Shown: positions 43,191 through 54,642, counted from the first letter of the whole stretch. The stretch: 62,989 nt of DNA, filler included, from Stramenopiles sp. TOSAG23-3 (GCA_900128585.1; 22 parts of 22 records of this genome joined end to end with filler, not necessarily neighbours in it), one strand, 5' to 3'. Made by a program: numbers and translations. The notes: generated by a model from the letters alone, not told the origin.

Positions 43191-43673
43191 CAAACCACAC
43201 CTTCTTCTTTCTTCTTCTTTCTTCTTCTTCTTCTTCTTTCTTCTTCTTCTTCTTTCTTCTTCTTCTTCTTCTTCTTCTTCTTCTTCCTTCCTCTTCTTCT
43301 TCTTCTTCTTCTTCTTCTTCTTCTTCTTTTCTTTCTTCTTCTTCTTCTTTCTTCTTCTTTCTTCTTCTCTACCGAGTACCGTAGTGGGTAGTGAGTGGGA
43401 TGAGCAAAAGTTTGAATGGATCAACTTATTATTAGTAGGTACGTAACGTATCGCACGGAACGAGGAGGAACCCACCACCGGCCTCCGGCTCAACTCCTTC
43501 CTATACTAATAACTCTTGTTTAAGTGACTCAACACCTACGTCTGAACACAAACACTAACGATTGGATTTGAATTAAGAAAGTACTAAAGAGTTATTTAAG
43601 CATTGAGTACGATTTCATGCCGATTTCGCACTTAATAAAATAAAGTACAAGACTACCATTATAAATCTAAACA

Positions 43674-44744
43674 ATGTCACAGTTTGCAGCCAATGCCACC
43701 CCTCCGATAATGGCCACTGCGCAAGCTGTGCCGGCCCAGGCCCCGGACACTGCAGGGCTTGGGGTAAATGTGAATGCCGCGGCGCACTTCTTACAACAAA
43801 GCAATTGGCCGGAAGGCCTTGCTAACCTGATGATAGATGGCATTCATAAGACGTGCTATCGCATCTTTATTGTGGACGACAGCGGTTCGATGGGTCACGG
43901 AGACGGGAACAAGCTGCAGACAACGTCGAGAGGGCTGCATGTGCATAAGATTCGGTGCACCCGCTGGGCAGAGATGGTCGAAGCCATCAAGTTTCATGCA
44001 GCGTTTGCCGAAGCCGCAAACGCACCTTCCGAATTCCGCTTGCTGAATAACGGCAACCCAATTGTCATCGGCGGGGGACTTGACACCAGGCAGAACGCTA
44101 TGATCCTGAACTCGCTCTTGGACGGTTCACCCGGTGGAATGACACCCCTCTGCCGTCATGTAGCCGAAGTCGTTGTGCGGATCAAGTCCATGGAGCATCA
44201 GCTAAAGGCAAATGGTCAGAAGGTATCGTTGACCATTTTTACTGACGGGAAATCGTCCGATGGGGATGTCTCAAAAGCACTCGAGCCACTGTCGTATTTG
44301 CCGGTAAGAGTAATCATTCGATTGTGTACCGATGACGACAGTGTAGTGAACTACTGGAATCATGTGGACGACAACATTGAATTGCAAATGGATTGCTTGG
44401 ACGATTTGTTCGGGGAGAACGATGAAGTCCGGTCTAAGAATCGGTGGCTGACGTATGGGGTGCCGTTGCATCGTTTGCGCGAGTTTGGGTGCCATCTGAA
44501 GGAATTCGACCTTCTCGACGAAACTAAACTAAGCGAATCACAAATACGCACGGTAATTGCACATGTACTGGGTGGTCCATTGGAAAGTTACCCACACCCA
44601 TCCATGGACAAAAAGCGGTTTCTTAAGTACGTCAAGGAAAAGTTGGTCCAATCCCCTATGACGATCTGCCCTGAAAAGAAAGTGATGAGACCATGGATTA
44701 GAACGCAACACCTGCCAGGTGCTGGCGCGTGTACCATATCGTAG
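43674..44744 (+). CDS. vWA-domain protein with C-terminal CaaX box
   Basis: MIDAS motif IVDDSGSM, GMTPL, TIFTDG; ends CTIS-stop. Confidence 0.85.
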   Translation: MSQFAANATPPIMATAQAVPAQAPDTAGLGVNVNAAAHFLQQSNWPEGLANLMIDGIHKTCYRIFIVDDSGSMGHGDGNKLQTTSRGLHVHKIRCTRWAEMVEAIKFHAAFAEAANAPSEFRLLNNGNPIVIGGGLDTRQNAMILNSLLDGSPGGMTPLCRHVAEVVVRIKSMEHQLKANGQKVSLTIFTDGKSSDGDVSKALEPLSYLPVRVIIRLCTDDDSVVNYWNHVDDNIELQMDCLDDLFGENDEVRSKNRWLTYGVPLHRLREFGCHLKEFDLLDETKLSESQIRTVIAHVLGGPLESYPHPSMDKKRFLKYVKEKLVQSPMTICPEKKVMRPWIRTQHLPGAGACTIS

Positions 44745-44938
44745 TGAATCAAGATCTATGGTATCATATGATATCATATGTTTTAAGACGCTCTCTTTAT
44801 ATCAATTGCGATTTCATATATAATTTGTTTTTTTGAATTAGGATAACACCCGAACTTAAAAAATGTACCGGTACACAAATTATGTCTCTTTTTAAATTTG
44901 CGCTTTATCGTATTCCCGGGCCCGGGTCTCCAACAAAA

Positions 44939-45682
44939 TTATCCCTTCTTCTTTGGCGTCGACCCTCCTCCCCCCTTGTGGTTGTACGGCAACGTCTGCA
45001 TATTTCTTGGGTTTTCCGGGGACTTCACCCAAAGCTTCCACACCATGTCTTGAATTTGACTCTTTTTCAAGCCTGTCCGTTCCGTACGGATCCGTGCCGT
45101 TTCTCTGTCACTAAATGCGTTGAACGCGGCCTTGAATTTAGGGGCTTTTTTCAACTCTTGGGACGCAACATCCAGCACACTCAGTGCGCCTTCGATGCCA
45201 CTGGCTTCCAACACACCCTCCTCTACTTTCTTTTTGTTTTCGTTCTTTGTCGCAAGCAAATCCGTCGAGTTGAGGTTGGCACGGGCTTCTTTTTCCCTCT
45301 TTAACCGGTCTGCCTTTTCCTTCTCTTTTATCATGCGCATCATTTGGGCACTCATTTTCCCTTTCTTCTTTTTTGCAGCCGCCGCATTTTTCCGTGCCTT
45401 CCCGGGGGCCTTTTTCATATTATTCAGCATCTCCTCGTCCCCTGCCCTCGCTTCCGCCTTTGCCAACCTTGCCTCTTCCTTTTGGCGCTGTTTCTCTGCT
45501 TGTGCCCTGGCCCGTTCCGCTGCTCGTTTGTTACTACCTTGCGCCCAATCTGCGTCCTCATGTTTCTTCTTCGCAACGTCCCTTGCATCATTCTTAAGTT
45601 GTTGGCTTGCTTTCTTTTGCGCCTTTGACTTTGCCCCTGCTGTATTCTCCCCCGAATTCTTCATTTTTTTCCCCTTTCCCAT
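44939..45682 (-). CDS. CCDC124: Coiled-coil domain-containing protein 124 (Lso2/Oxs1-like)
   Basis: EDADW, EASGIEGALSVL, KAAFNAF..GLKKSQ..WVKSPENP. Confidence 0.88.
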   Translation of the reverse strand: MGKGKKMKNSGENTAGAKSKAQKKASQQLKNDARDVAKKKHEDADWAQGSNKRAAERARAQAEKQRQKEEARLAKAEARAGDEEMLNNMKKAPGKARKNAAAAKKKKGKMSAQMMRMIKEKEKADRLKREKEARANLNSTDLLATKNENKKKVEEGVLEASGIEGALSVLDVASQELKKAPKFKAAFNAFSDRETARIRTERTGLKKSQIQDMVWKLWVKSPENPRNMQTLPYNHKGGGGSTPKKKG

Positions 45683-46335
45683 TTGCGATTTGTGAATTGA
45701 ATACGAAGAGATGTAAATTAATCCCTTTGGCTAAAATAACTCGCTGTAATTACAATTTTATGTATTTGATTAGTACATGTAGTTCTACATTGTTCATAGC
45801 TTCATTTATTCATAAGAATCTCATAAATAGTAAATTAATACTTCCTCTTTACGAAGTACATATATATNNNNNNNNNNNNNNNNNNNNNNNNNNNNNNNNN
45901 NNNNNNNNNNNTTAATTAATTAANNNNNNNNNNNNNNNNNNNNNNNNNNNNNNNNNNNNNNNNNNNNTAAGGTATTATTCAATGTAAATAAATAACATAT
46001 ATATACCATTGGAACTACCTGTTGTTCATCAGCCAGCAGCCCAGCTCAGCGCCGAGATTCTCTTCTTTCTTCTTTCTCCTCTACAGTTATAGTTATACTC
46101 CTCTACTAATAATAATAATGTAATACCGTAATATAATAATTATTAAATCTCGTCTCTATTATTATTATTTGAGCTGCCTTACCAATTCTTCCATCTGAAT
46201 GGAAGTAGAAAAGTGATTTAAATTTTAGGTCGAATTCAACCCATACGAACTGAGGCACATTTTGGACATATATAAAAGGAGCAGGTTACTGGAGGCGTTC
46301 AAGTTTACGGGAAACTTCCTTTTCTAGGTATTTCG

Positions 46336-48273
46336 ATGGCAACACCAAACGGGTCCTCGACCCTGGCCCGTTCGGCGATCAACCTTAGCGCCCTGCGGGA
46401 CGAGGCAAACATGGAGCTTGCAGAGATCTTGGACAGTATTGGCGGGTCAAAATGCCTTGTACTCGACCCCTGCTTGGGGGGCCCGTTGAATCTCGTCGTT
46501 ACTGAAGGGCCAAAAATGTTTAAATCCCATGGAGTCGAAAATTTTTTGGAGCTTGGGTGGAGAAAGCCTTCGACGACGTGCAACAACATAGTCTATATCG
46601 TTCGGCCGGAAGTAGTGCGAATGCAACAAATAGCAAAACACGTCCGGGCACACGCAAAAGATCACGTGAAAAAGAACTACCATGTATTTTTCACTCCCCG
46701 AAGGTCATTTATATGCGAAAAAGTTTTAAAAGAAGAAGGCGTGTACGCCAACTTGTCAATTTCGGAGTACCAGTTGGGGTTGATCCCGTTCGATGACGAT
46801 ATCCTCTCGCTGGAGCTTCCAAACCCCATCTACGAGTGCGTGTTGGAAAAAGACAATTTTCCGTTGTACACGATGGCTCGGTCCTTAATTGACATCCAAA
46901 CATTGTATGGGATTATTCCCAGTGTTCGCGCCAAAGGGTACATGGCAAAGAATGTGGTTGAACTGATGCTGCGGTTGCGGAAAGAGGAGGGAGACCATGG
47001 TGACCACGGGGCCAACTCCGACATTGACTGTCTTCTGGTAATTGATCGGCTGGTCGACCCCGTTTCCCCATTGTGCACCCCATTGACGTACGAGGGGCTG
47101 ATCGACGAGTTGATCGGCATACAGAACACGTACGTACAAACCGAGCAGGACAAAGAAGACGGAGAAGGGCAGTCAAATGCCCCAACGCACTACCCAGACA
47201 CCCCGTGGAAGTGCACCGCATGCGCCTGGAAAAGCGCAGCAAACGATATATCCTGCAGCATGTGCGGTTTGGAACGTCCTAAGCTCCACATGACTTCCCC
47301 GGTTCCTTTGAATTCAAACGACCAACTATTTGCTGAAGTTCGCGACACCAACATAGGGGTGCTTTTACCGAAACTGTCGCACCGGGCGGCGGAAATGAGC
47401 CAGCTAGAGAATTCCAGGGAGCAGATGGAGAGTTTGGATGAGATCCACCGTTTTGTTAAGGACTTGCCGATGCTTCAGGCGAATAAGAAATCGTTGAAGC
47501 AACACATCGATCTCACCGAAAAATTGCACACGACGACGAACTCTATTGCATTCAAAGAACTCTGGCAAGTGGAGCAAGAAATGCTGGAAGGAAAGAGCAA
47601 CATCCCTTATATCGAAGAGAGCATAGCCCGGAGCGAGCCACTGGCAAAAGTCCTTCGTGTTGCTTGTTTGCAATCGCTTTGCTGCGGGGGATTTCGACAG
47701 GCTAAATTCGACCAAATTCGGAGGGAAATTCTACAAACGTATGGGTACGAATATATGTTTACGCTGGATATTCTAGAGCGAATGCATCTTTTCAGCCGCA
47801 ACGTGTTCTGGGAGTGGAAAAGTCTGAACCGCACGTTTTCACTGTGCACCGACGAAGTCGAGGTGCAGAACCCCAACAACATGGCGTATGTCACTTCAGG
47901 CTATGCCCCACTTAGCTGTCGAATTGTAGAAAGTATGATCCGGACTGGCTGGCAGCAGACCGCAAACGCTCTCCGCGCTATACCCGGACCAGCCGTGGAC
48001 ACTAAACAGTCGCGCAAAACTCCGAACGTTCCTGGAAAGCAACACAACCAGCCCACAGCAGAGATAGCTGGTAGAAATAAACGCCACGTGATCATGGTGT
48101 GTTTCGTAGGCGGGGTTACGCACATGGAAATTGCTGCTTTGCGCCTTTTGAAGAGAGAGGGTGTCTTGGCCCAATCCGTAGAAATTATCATTGCCACCAC
48201 CAAAATAGTAAATGGCAAGTCCTTTATTACTGGCATGATGGATAACCCCAGGGCTAAATTAGACAGGGTATAA
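46336..48273 (+). CDS. VPS33: Sec1/Munc18 protein VPS33 with inserted RanBP2-type zinc finger
   Basis: LIPFDDDILSLE, IDRLVDPVSPLCTPLTYEGLIDE, YVTSGYAPLSCRIVE, FVGGVTHMEIAALR. Confidence 0.93.
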   Translation: MATPNGSSTLARSAINLSALRDEANMELAEILDSIGGSKCLVLDPCLGGPLNLVVTEGPKMFKSHGVENFLELGWRKPSTTCNNIVYIVRPEVVRMQQIAKHVRAHAKDHVKKNYHVFFTPRRSFICEKVLKEEGVYANLSISEYQLGLIPFDDDILSLELPNPIYECVLEKDNFPLYTMARSLIDIQTLYGIIPSVRAKGYMAKNVVELMLRLRKEEGDHGDHGANSDIDCLLVIDRLVDPVSPLCTPLTYEGLIDELIGIQNTYVQTEQDKEDGEGQSNAPTHYPDTPWKCTACAWKSAANDISCSMCGLERPKLHMTSPVPLNSNDQLFAEVRDTNIGVLLPKLSHRAAEMSQLENSREQMESLDEIHRFVKDLPMLQANKKSLKQHIDLTEKLHTTTNSIAFKELWQVEQEMLEGKSNIPYIEESIARSEPLAKVLRVACLQSLCCGGFRQAKFDQIRREILQTYGYEYMFTLDILERMHLFSRNVFWEWKSLNRTFSLCTDEVEVQNPNNMAYVTSGYAPLSCRIVESMIRTGWQQTANALRAIPGPAVDTKQSRKTPNVPGKQHNQPTAEIAGRNKRHVIMVCFVGGVTHMEIAALRLLKREGVLAQSVEIIIATTKIVNGKSFITGMMDNPRAKLDRV

Positions 48274-48825
48274 GAATATTTGTGCATTATGCACTTAATG
48301 CTTTCAATTTACTTCGTAAAGGGTAAAATTTATTTCCTTTTAAGTTTAATCATTTATAAAACGGGGTTTAAAACATTTCTTCGTCCAAAGACACCACCAC
48401 GCACCCGAACCAAATAGTAAGTCTAAATATTCAATAAAAACAAAATAAATGGCTGTTATTTAAGGTATGATATGCATATTATTTAACATATTTCTTTCTT
48501 AAAAACAAACAATTGGCTGTTATTTAAAGTAATTAAGAAAGTTTTTCTTCTTCATTAATATTATTATTAGCTTAATAATATTAGCTAATTATAATGGACA
48601 AAAGGAGCAGATTCATTTTCGCGGTACATATGAGGAAGATAAATTTTATTTAATTTACTTTATAAATAACAGCCAATTTTTTGTTTTAAAGTTGTAAACT
48701 TTCACAAGTTTACCCCTATATTGCANNNNNNNNNNNNNNNNNNNNNNNNNNNNNNNNNNNNNNNNNNNNTTAATTAATTAANNNNNNNNNNNNNNNNNNN
48801 NNNNNNNNNNNNNNNNNNNNNNNNN

Positions 48826-51504
48826 AAGTTTTTCATGTAGATTATGATCGATACCCTATCCGTCAAAAATATCATCATTAAAGATGTTTAATGAACATTT
48901 TCAACAGCGCCCAGAGCGGTAAATTAAGGCAGGGAAACGTCGGCTTATACGCCTTGGTATATTGGTTCACCTTTGATGCGCTTGGCAGTTGAATTACCGT
49001 TACAGTGAGAGTTGAAGCAAGGTATGCATAGTTTTGCTTTGCAATCTTCACAACACAATTGTGTGTGTTTGCGTTGGTGCTTCCTTGTAGGGCCAAAGCC
49101 ATTTTTGCAGGATTGGCAGTCCCCTCTGGAACAAGAGCCCAGTCTCTTCCGGCAAGACGTCGTTTGACGTTTGTATGGGGAACGCCTTTTTTGCTGACGT
49201 GCCGGGGTTGAACGTTCAATAGTTTCGCCCCGTTCTCTTAAAGCATAACCGGCAAGGCCGTCGGCGATTTCCAATTGGAAATCAAGCCGCGCCTTTGCCG
49301 GTATACCTGCCCTTGCACAAAGTGCTTTGTGCATGGAATAAGCGTTCGCTGCTGGGGCGTCCAGCATCGCCCAAAGGGCGACGGGGACATTCCATCTTCT
49401 ACAACGTAAACGATCGGTACGAAAATGGTTAACACGTTGGTCAAACCTGTCCACACTATTCATATGTGCATTGTAATCTGTTTGCAGTATCAGTTTTGGC
49501 AAAGGCTTTAAGTAATTACCCCTATTTTTATACAAACCTTGTACATCTGTATAGTAACTACTTCCAAAAACTGTGGGAACAGTATCATAAATTGACGCTG
49601 CCAGAAGACCATTGCTGGAGGTAGCATATTTTACTAGGCCCTTGTTTTTTTTCTTTTTTGATGTAGGTATTTTTATGCACTCCGGTACTAAGCCACTATG
49701 ATTAACATGACATGTCCCACTGCAATAGAAACCCATTCTGTGCTTACCAAAGAGCATAAGCCCAGCACTATTGTAATATCGATCCATATACAAATGATAC
49801 CATTTTCGATTATTTTGTTTCATAATCCTATCAACTAGAGTAGAAACCCTTTTACCAGTTCTGGTAAGCAGGCTGTACTCATCGTAGTCCCAATAGTCTG
49901 GATGTAGCTCGTACGTATGCTTTCGAGGGTCATGGCGCCATTCGAATGTTACACAGTATGATCCATCGGCAATAACCTCGAATTGGATACCATCCCCTTC
50001 CCGCTTAAAGGACCTACATGTAGCTTTTATCAACTTGCTACAGTGAGGCCCTATCGCTCTTGTACTCTCATCAAGCGCAAGTCTGGGGGATGGCTCCCAG
50101 AGCCGAATGCAATTCGAATTAAAATGGCGTAGTGCTGGGCGCACCTTATACAAAGGATCCCAGCTTCTTTCCCCTTCTGCAGGTTGTAGTTCATTATCCG
50201 CTAAATGAAACGAAAACCAGAATGCGGAGAATTTCCGATAGGTTGGAAGCGCATTAATGATACACGGATTCCTTAGTGATTGGTGACCTAACCAGTTCGT
50301 CCTCATTCTAGGAGCTGGTTTTACTCCATTGTACACAAGGCAAGCCAAAGCACGGTCAAGATCCTCTGAAGTTAATTGTCCGATTCCGCTTGATTTAAGG
50401 TCCTTATGCTTAGTAATACCAGCTCCTATCTGGGATGCGTAGAGATTACATTGAGGTAGACAAGTAAATTTTCTAAATATTGGCGTATTAAATAAATTAA
50501 ATACGTCAAATCCAGTACTTGTTTCTGAAACCCCACGGGGAAGATTTTTGGGGCCGAATGGTGATTCCACTATAGCCCCTACTAACGACCGTTGCTCTCT
50601 TATCTTCTGATACTCCGCCCGTATCGTTTCGTCTTCACTAAAGGGGGTATTGTATCTCCATGTTAATACCTTTTGATATTTTTTTAACCTCGACGGGTAT
50701 TCACGCTGAAAACTTTGATCCTCATATTTGAGAGTCACGTCTGCTCGGCTCTTAAGCTCCTCTGACCAGTCCTCTGGCAGAGGCAGAGGGGTTGTCTCCA
50801 ACTCTTGTGGTTCAGGATCAACATTTAGACCAACAATCCCCGCAATATCGTCAGTGTCGGACGGGTATGATTCTTCTTCTACAGATACATCAGCACCATC
50901 ACCTGCCTCTTCACCACCTGCCTCTTCACCACCTGCCCTTCTGATGGCACTACCAAGAGTGGCAACGACACTTGCAGCTCCTGCAGCTGTTTGCTGAATC
51001 AGCCCAGAAAATAAACTTGCAATTGGATTGGGAGACAGAGTGGATGAATGCGGCTCTTCCCTACGGATGTCCCGGCCCATAGCTTTAACAACATCACCTG
51101 ATTCTACCAAGGCTACAGGCCACTGCCTTTCTTTTGGCACTTTCTTGCCAATTCTACCTTCCACCCAGGATTCACCACAACGAACAAACACACGTTCGTT
51201 TTCTGCAAAACGGCTCTTTCTTCCCATTTTGTAAATCTTTTGCTATGGTGTGTCCGTGTATTGTTTTGCAAATGTAACGGTTTTAACGGCTATTTGTGGC
51301 CATGAGTGGTGGCAAGAAGTTCAACAGTTTCCTAAGAAAATCGTCAAATATTTGTAGTTTTTCTAGGGAACTGCAAAGCCAACAGTTCAAACGACGTGAA
51401 CCAACTCCAACTTTTAGATAAATATCGTTATTTTTAGTATACAGTCACAATGTACCTATAATTTGCTATGAATACGCATATATGCGTATTTGCGTTATAA
51501 AGAG
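48826..51504 (-). mobile_element. piggyBac-like DNA transposon (3' end probably off contig)
   Basis: Intact transposase; candidate 5' terminus CTCTTT at 51504 followed by a 20-bp palindrome. Confidence 0.75.
48945..51227 (-). CDS. piggyBac-family transposase
   Basis: DPLYKVRP; DDD triad LALDES, LYMDRYYNS, YNAHMNSVDRFDQ; C-terminal Cys/His-rich domain. Confidence 0.92.
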   Translation of the reverse strand: MGRKSRFAENERVFVRCGESWVEGRIGKKVPKERQWPVALVESGDVVKAMGRDIRREEPHSSTLSPNPIASLFSGLIQQTAAGAASVVATLGSAIRRAGGEEAGGEEAGDGADVSVEEESYPSDTDDIAGIVGLNVDPEPQELETTPLPLPEDWSEELKSRADVTLKYEDQSFQREYPSRLKKYQKVLTWRYNTPFSEDETIRAEYQKIREQRSLVGAIVESPFGPKNLPRGVSETSTGFDVFNLFNTPIFRKFTCLPQCNLYASQIGAGITKHKDLKSSGIGQLTSEDLDRALACLVYNGVKPAPRMRTNWLGHQSLRNPCIINALPTYRKFSAFWFSFHLADNELQPAEGERSWDPLYKVRPALRHFNSNCIRLWEPSPRLALDESTRAIGPHCSKLIKATCRSFKREGDGIQFEVIADGSYCVTFEWRHDPRKHTYELHPDYWDYDEYSLLTRTGKRVSTLVDRIMKQNNRKWYHLYMDRYYNSAGLMLFGKHRMGFYCSGTCHVNHSGLVPECIKIPTSKKKKNKGLVKYATSSNGLLAASIYDTVPTVFGSSYYTDVQGLYKNRGNYLKPLPKLILQTDYNAHMNSVDRFDQRVNHFRTDRLRCRRWNVPVALWAMLDAPAANAYSMHKALCARAGIPAKARLDFQLEIADGLAGYALRERGETIERSTPARQQKRRSPYKRQTTSCRKRLGSCSRGDCQSCKNGFGPTRKHQRKHTQLCCEDCKAKLCIPCFNSHCNGNSTAKRIKGEPIYQGV

Positions 51505-51685
51505 ATAGTTATTAATGGACAAATATTTAATATTGATGCAGGTAGTTATAAATTTTATGAAGAATAAATAAACGAACATTCTTNNNNNNNNNNNNNNNNN
51601 NNNNNNNNNNNNNNNNNNNNNNNNNNNTTAATTAATTAANNNNNNNNNNNNNNNNNNNNNNNNNNNNNNNNNNNNNNNNNNNNTT

Positions 51686-54190
51686 CTGATGAAATTTTTG
51701 CCCGGTTTACTAAGCCGGTACCAGCACGACGAGCGAAAAATTGCGCTCCTTGGGGCCTTGCCACAATATCTGAACCTTGAGCACGCAGCGACGAACAGGG
51801 GTGCCAAACAGTTCACTGAACTGCTCTCGCAAATGCACGTGTTGTATGTTCAACACGGTGCGGGCACGAAACTTGCAGAGGAGGAGGGTGAGGAAAGTAG
51901 AGCTGTACCTGCTTCGTCTCTGGCAAATCTTCGAGAAAGTGCAGATGACGAAGGGCACACGTATGAAATGTCTCCGGTCATCAAGAATTTCCTTGAGAAC
52001 CACTCCTTGCGGGGCAAGAACGTTCTTGCTGTCCTTGCCCGAGCCATAGCTCACTTAGTCGGGCCGTCGCATTTGCAGCGGGCTGCACAAACGTCGCTGA
52101 GAAATATTTGCGACGAAATCTCAGCCGCCATTGAAAAGAACATGCCTGCGCTCGAGACGAATGAGGATGGAAATCACGACGACGAGGAAGGTCTGTTCAC
52201 GTTGGTCTTGCACTTGGAACGAATGTCTGCCCTTTATAGCCAGATTGACCTAATTGAACATGTCAGTCCTGAATTTTTCGACTCCCTGAATAGTGCGCTG
52301 ATGAGCCTAACGCGGGACGGTATATCTGCGCATGCCGGGGACGCGGCGATTGTGCGATCTTGTCTGCGGCTTCTCTATTCTCGTATTCAATTTTCCTTGT
52401 TCCCGCTGTACCAACGGGCTATGGTCAAGACCGATGCCGACGGTGGCAGAACGAACAGCAAAGCTCAGAAGGGAGGCAAGCGAGGCAGCAAAGAAGGCTC
52501 GGCTGCTAGTGCCAACGATCCAGTAGAAGATGCCAGCGCCGAGGCTGGCGCGGAGGCCGTCGAGCTTGCCGCCCCGGTGGTCTCGAATCCACCAATACGC
52601 CCCGAAGAATTCGAGCCGGTCATTAGTATGCGAGAAGAGCTTGTCCCATACCTTCTGGACATAATGCAGTTCGAGGGCCCAACAACGAACGAGCAATGGT
52701 GCGTCGTCGTAGAGGCGTTTAATTTGTTTTGTGACTTATCGTTACTTTTCAAAGAGACGCTTCGCACGAGAAAAACTGTGCTATACGGCCTGGGGTGGAT
52801 CCCGGGAAAGGACGTGCCTTTCGCGCTGGCCCAGTGCTTCGAGCGACTTATTGAGTACCGGGCTAGTGAGGGTTACACGCAGAACAGCAATGGGAATGAC
52901 GCGATCGAAGACTACGTGAACAAACTTGACATTCACCAACATGACATTTTACGGAACGTTGTTGCTCCGTACTGCAAGTACGCCATCAGGGGCCTTCCGC
53001 AGTCGTGCGACGTCTATGCGACCGCAACGCTGCTGCTCGCGACTCGGGCGGGCCTCTCCGGTGAAGGATACAACAAGGACGTGGTAAATGCGGTTATTAC
53101 CAAAGTGAAGAAAACGGAGAATGGGTTTTCGACGTTTTTCGACATCCAGAAAACGGCATTGATGCGCCTTTACAAAGACACCATGGAGATCGACAACGTC
53201 CCAGCAAGGAACAAAAAGGCGGTGGAGTTCTGTGCATTTGCGAAAAAATTGGCGAACAAACTGAAGTTTGGTTTGAAGACGCAATTTCACCGCAACTGCG
53301 TGGCGTCGTTTGTGTCTGACGGCTTGCTGTTTGCGTTGGACCAGCCTGAAAACGCTCACTACGTGGGCGCCTTGAAGCCTTACTTGCTCTTGCTCAAACC
53401 GAAAGGTTGCGAAAGAATCCATGCAAATATCCTTGAAAGCAGTCGGAGGCGACGCTTCACAGAACCGTGGCTCGATGACCCCGAGTTTGAAGACAAGTTT
53501 CGCTTTGTGAAAGATTTTCAAGCTACGATGGTTTCTAAGACCGGGAAAGAACTGTCTTACGCGGAAATCGTACAGCCGCAGGTGGTCCCCGCGTCCGATG
53601 CAAACGTAGAAGCCGAGACAGCAACGCTCGTCAGGGGGAACGATTCGTTGGTACAAGTTCCGCCACCTCAGCGCGGCGAGCCAGTTGATCTAACCGGGCC
53701 AAATGATATTTCGAACATAGGGTACGTGAGCTCATCGGATGACGGGAAAAATTCCGATGGGGTGGAGACCCGAAACGCAAAGGAAAGTAGGAAAGAAAAC
53801 GCCCCTCCTGCTGTTCGCCAGGCGGCGGCAAAAAAACGAAAGCGTGAGTCCATGAACCTCAGTGACGGCCTCAGTGACTTGTCCTCCTCCGATTCGGAAA
53901 ATGACTTTGAAAGTGGTCGTTCGCCCGTCAAAGTCGCAAAGAGGTCCCCGGGCGAAGGATCCTACCGCATTAGTAGCGACAGCGACGACAGTGACGCACA
54001 GTCCGGCCAAAGCTTCAACGAACGTCGCCCAGAAATGAAAAATTACCGCCGCAGAACCATTGAGAAAAACCGCCGACGACACCGTCCATCCGAAGTGTCG
54101 ATACCTGAAGTCGACGAAGATGAGGACATGAGCGATGACAGCGACGATGATGACTTTTTCACAAGAGAAGCTAGTCGGATGATCGAGTAA
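51686..54190 (+). CDS. SCC3: Cohesin subunit SCC3/STAG, C-terminal half; 5'-truncated
   Basis: LPGLLSRYQHDERKIALLGALPQYLNLE resembles the STAG LPxLLxKY..KV..L..LPxYxxLE block; helical repeats; acidic/basic disordered tail. Confidence 0.7.
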   Translation: MMKFLPGLLSRYQHDERKIALLGALPQYLNLEHAATNRGAKQFTELLSQMHVLYVQHGAGTKLAEEEGEESRAVPASSLANLRESADDEGHTYEMSPVIKNFLENHSLRGKNVLAVLARAIAHLVGPSHLQRAAQTSLRNICDEISAAIEKNMPALETNEDGNHDDEEGLFTLVLHLERMSALYSQIDLIEHVSPEFFDSLNSALMSLTRDGISAHAGDAAIVRSCLRLLYSRIQFSLFPLYQRAMVKTDADGGRTNSKAQKGGKRGSKEGSAASANDPVEDASAEAGAEAVELAAPVVSNPPIRPEEFEPVISMREELVPYLLDIMQFEGPTTNEQWCVVVEAFNLFCDLSLLFKETLRTRKTVLYGLGWIPGKDVPFALAQCFERLIEYRASEGYTQNSNGNDAIEDYVNKLDIHQHDILRNVVAPYCKYAIRGLPQSCDVYATATLLLATRAGLSGEGYNKDVVNAVITKVKKTENGFSTFFDIQKTALMRLYKDTMEIDNVPARNKKAVEFCAFAKKLANKLKFGLKTQFHRNCVASFVSDGLLFALDQPENAHYVGALKPYLLLLKPKGCERIHANILESSRRRRFTEPWLDDPEFEDKFRFVKDFQATMVSKTGKELSYAEIVQPQVVPASDANVEAETATLVRGNDSLVQVPPPQRGEPVDLTGPNDISNIGYVSSSDDGKNSDGVETRNAKESRKENAPPAVRQAAAKKRKRESMNLSDGLSDLSSSDSENDFESGRSPVKVAKRSPGEGSYRISSDSDDSDAQSGQSFNERRPEMKNYRRRTIEKNRRRHRPSEVSIPEVDEDEDMSDDSDDDDFFTREASRMIE

Positions 54191-54642
54191 GAAAGAGAAT
54201 TCGCCAAAAAATTGCACGTTGGACGTATGAATTCTTTGGAGTTAAAAATTCTTTTGGGATTGTGTAAGATTTTTATAATAAAACAATTAATTGTAAACTC
54301 ATGCACTTTAAGCTATTTAAAACTACAAATAACAACTACATTTGCATCTACATGTTCCTATATAATATTCATAAGAAAAGTGTGAATTATAGCATTATAG
54401 CATCACACAGAATAAACAGAAAGAGAAATCCATTAAAATNNNNNNNNNNNNNNNNNNNNNNNNNNNNNNNNNNNNNNNNNNNNTTAATTAATTAANNNNN
54501 NNNNNNNNNNNNNNNNNNNNNNNNNNNNNNNNNNNNNNNACCGCATATGTGATACAAAAGTTGGTATTTATACGGACAAAAGATTGTTTTCGCCGACAAT
54601 CACCAAAGTGGAAGTATAAATACCTACCTGCTGGTATTTTAT

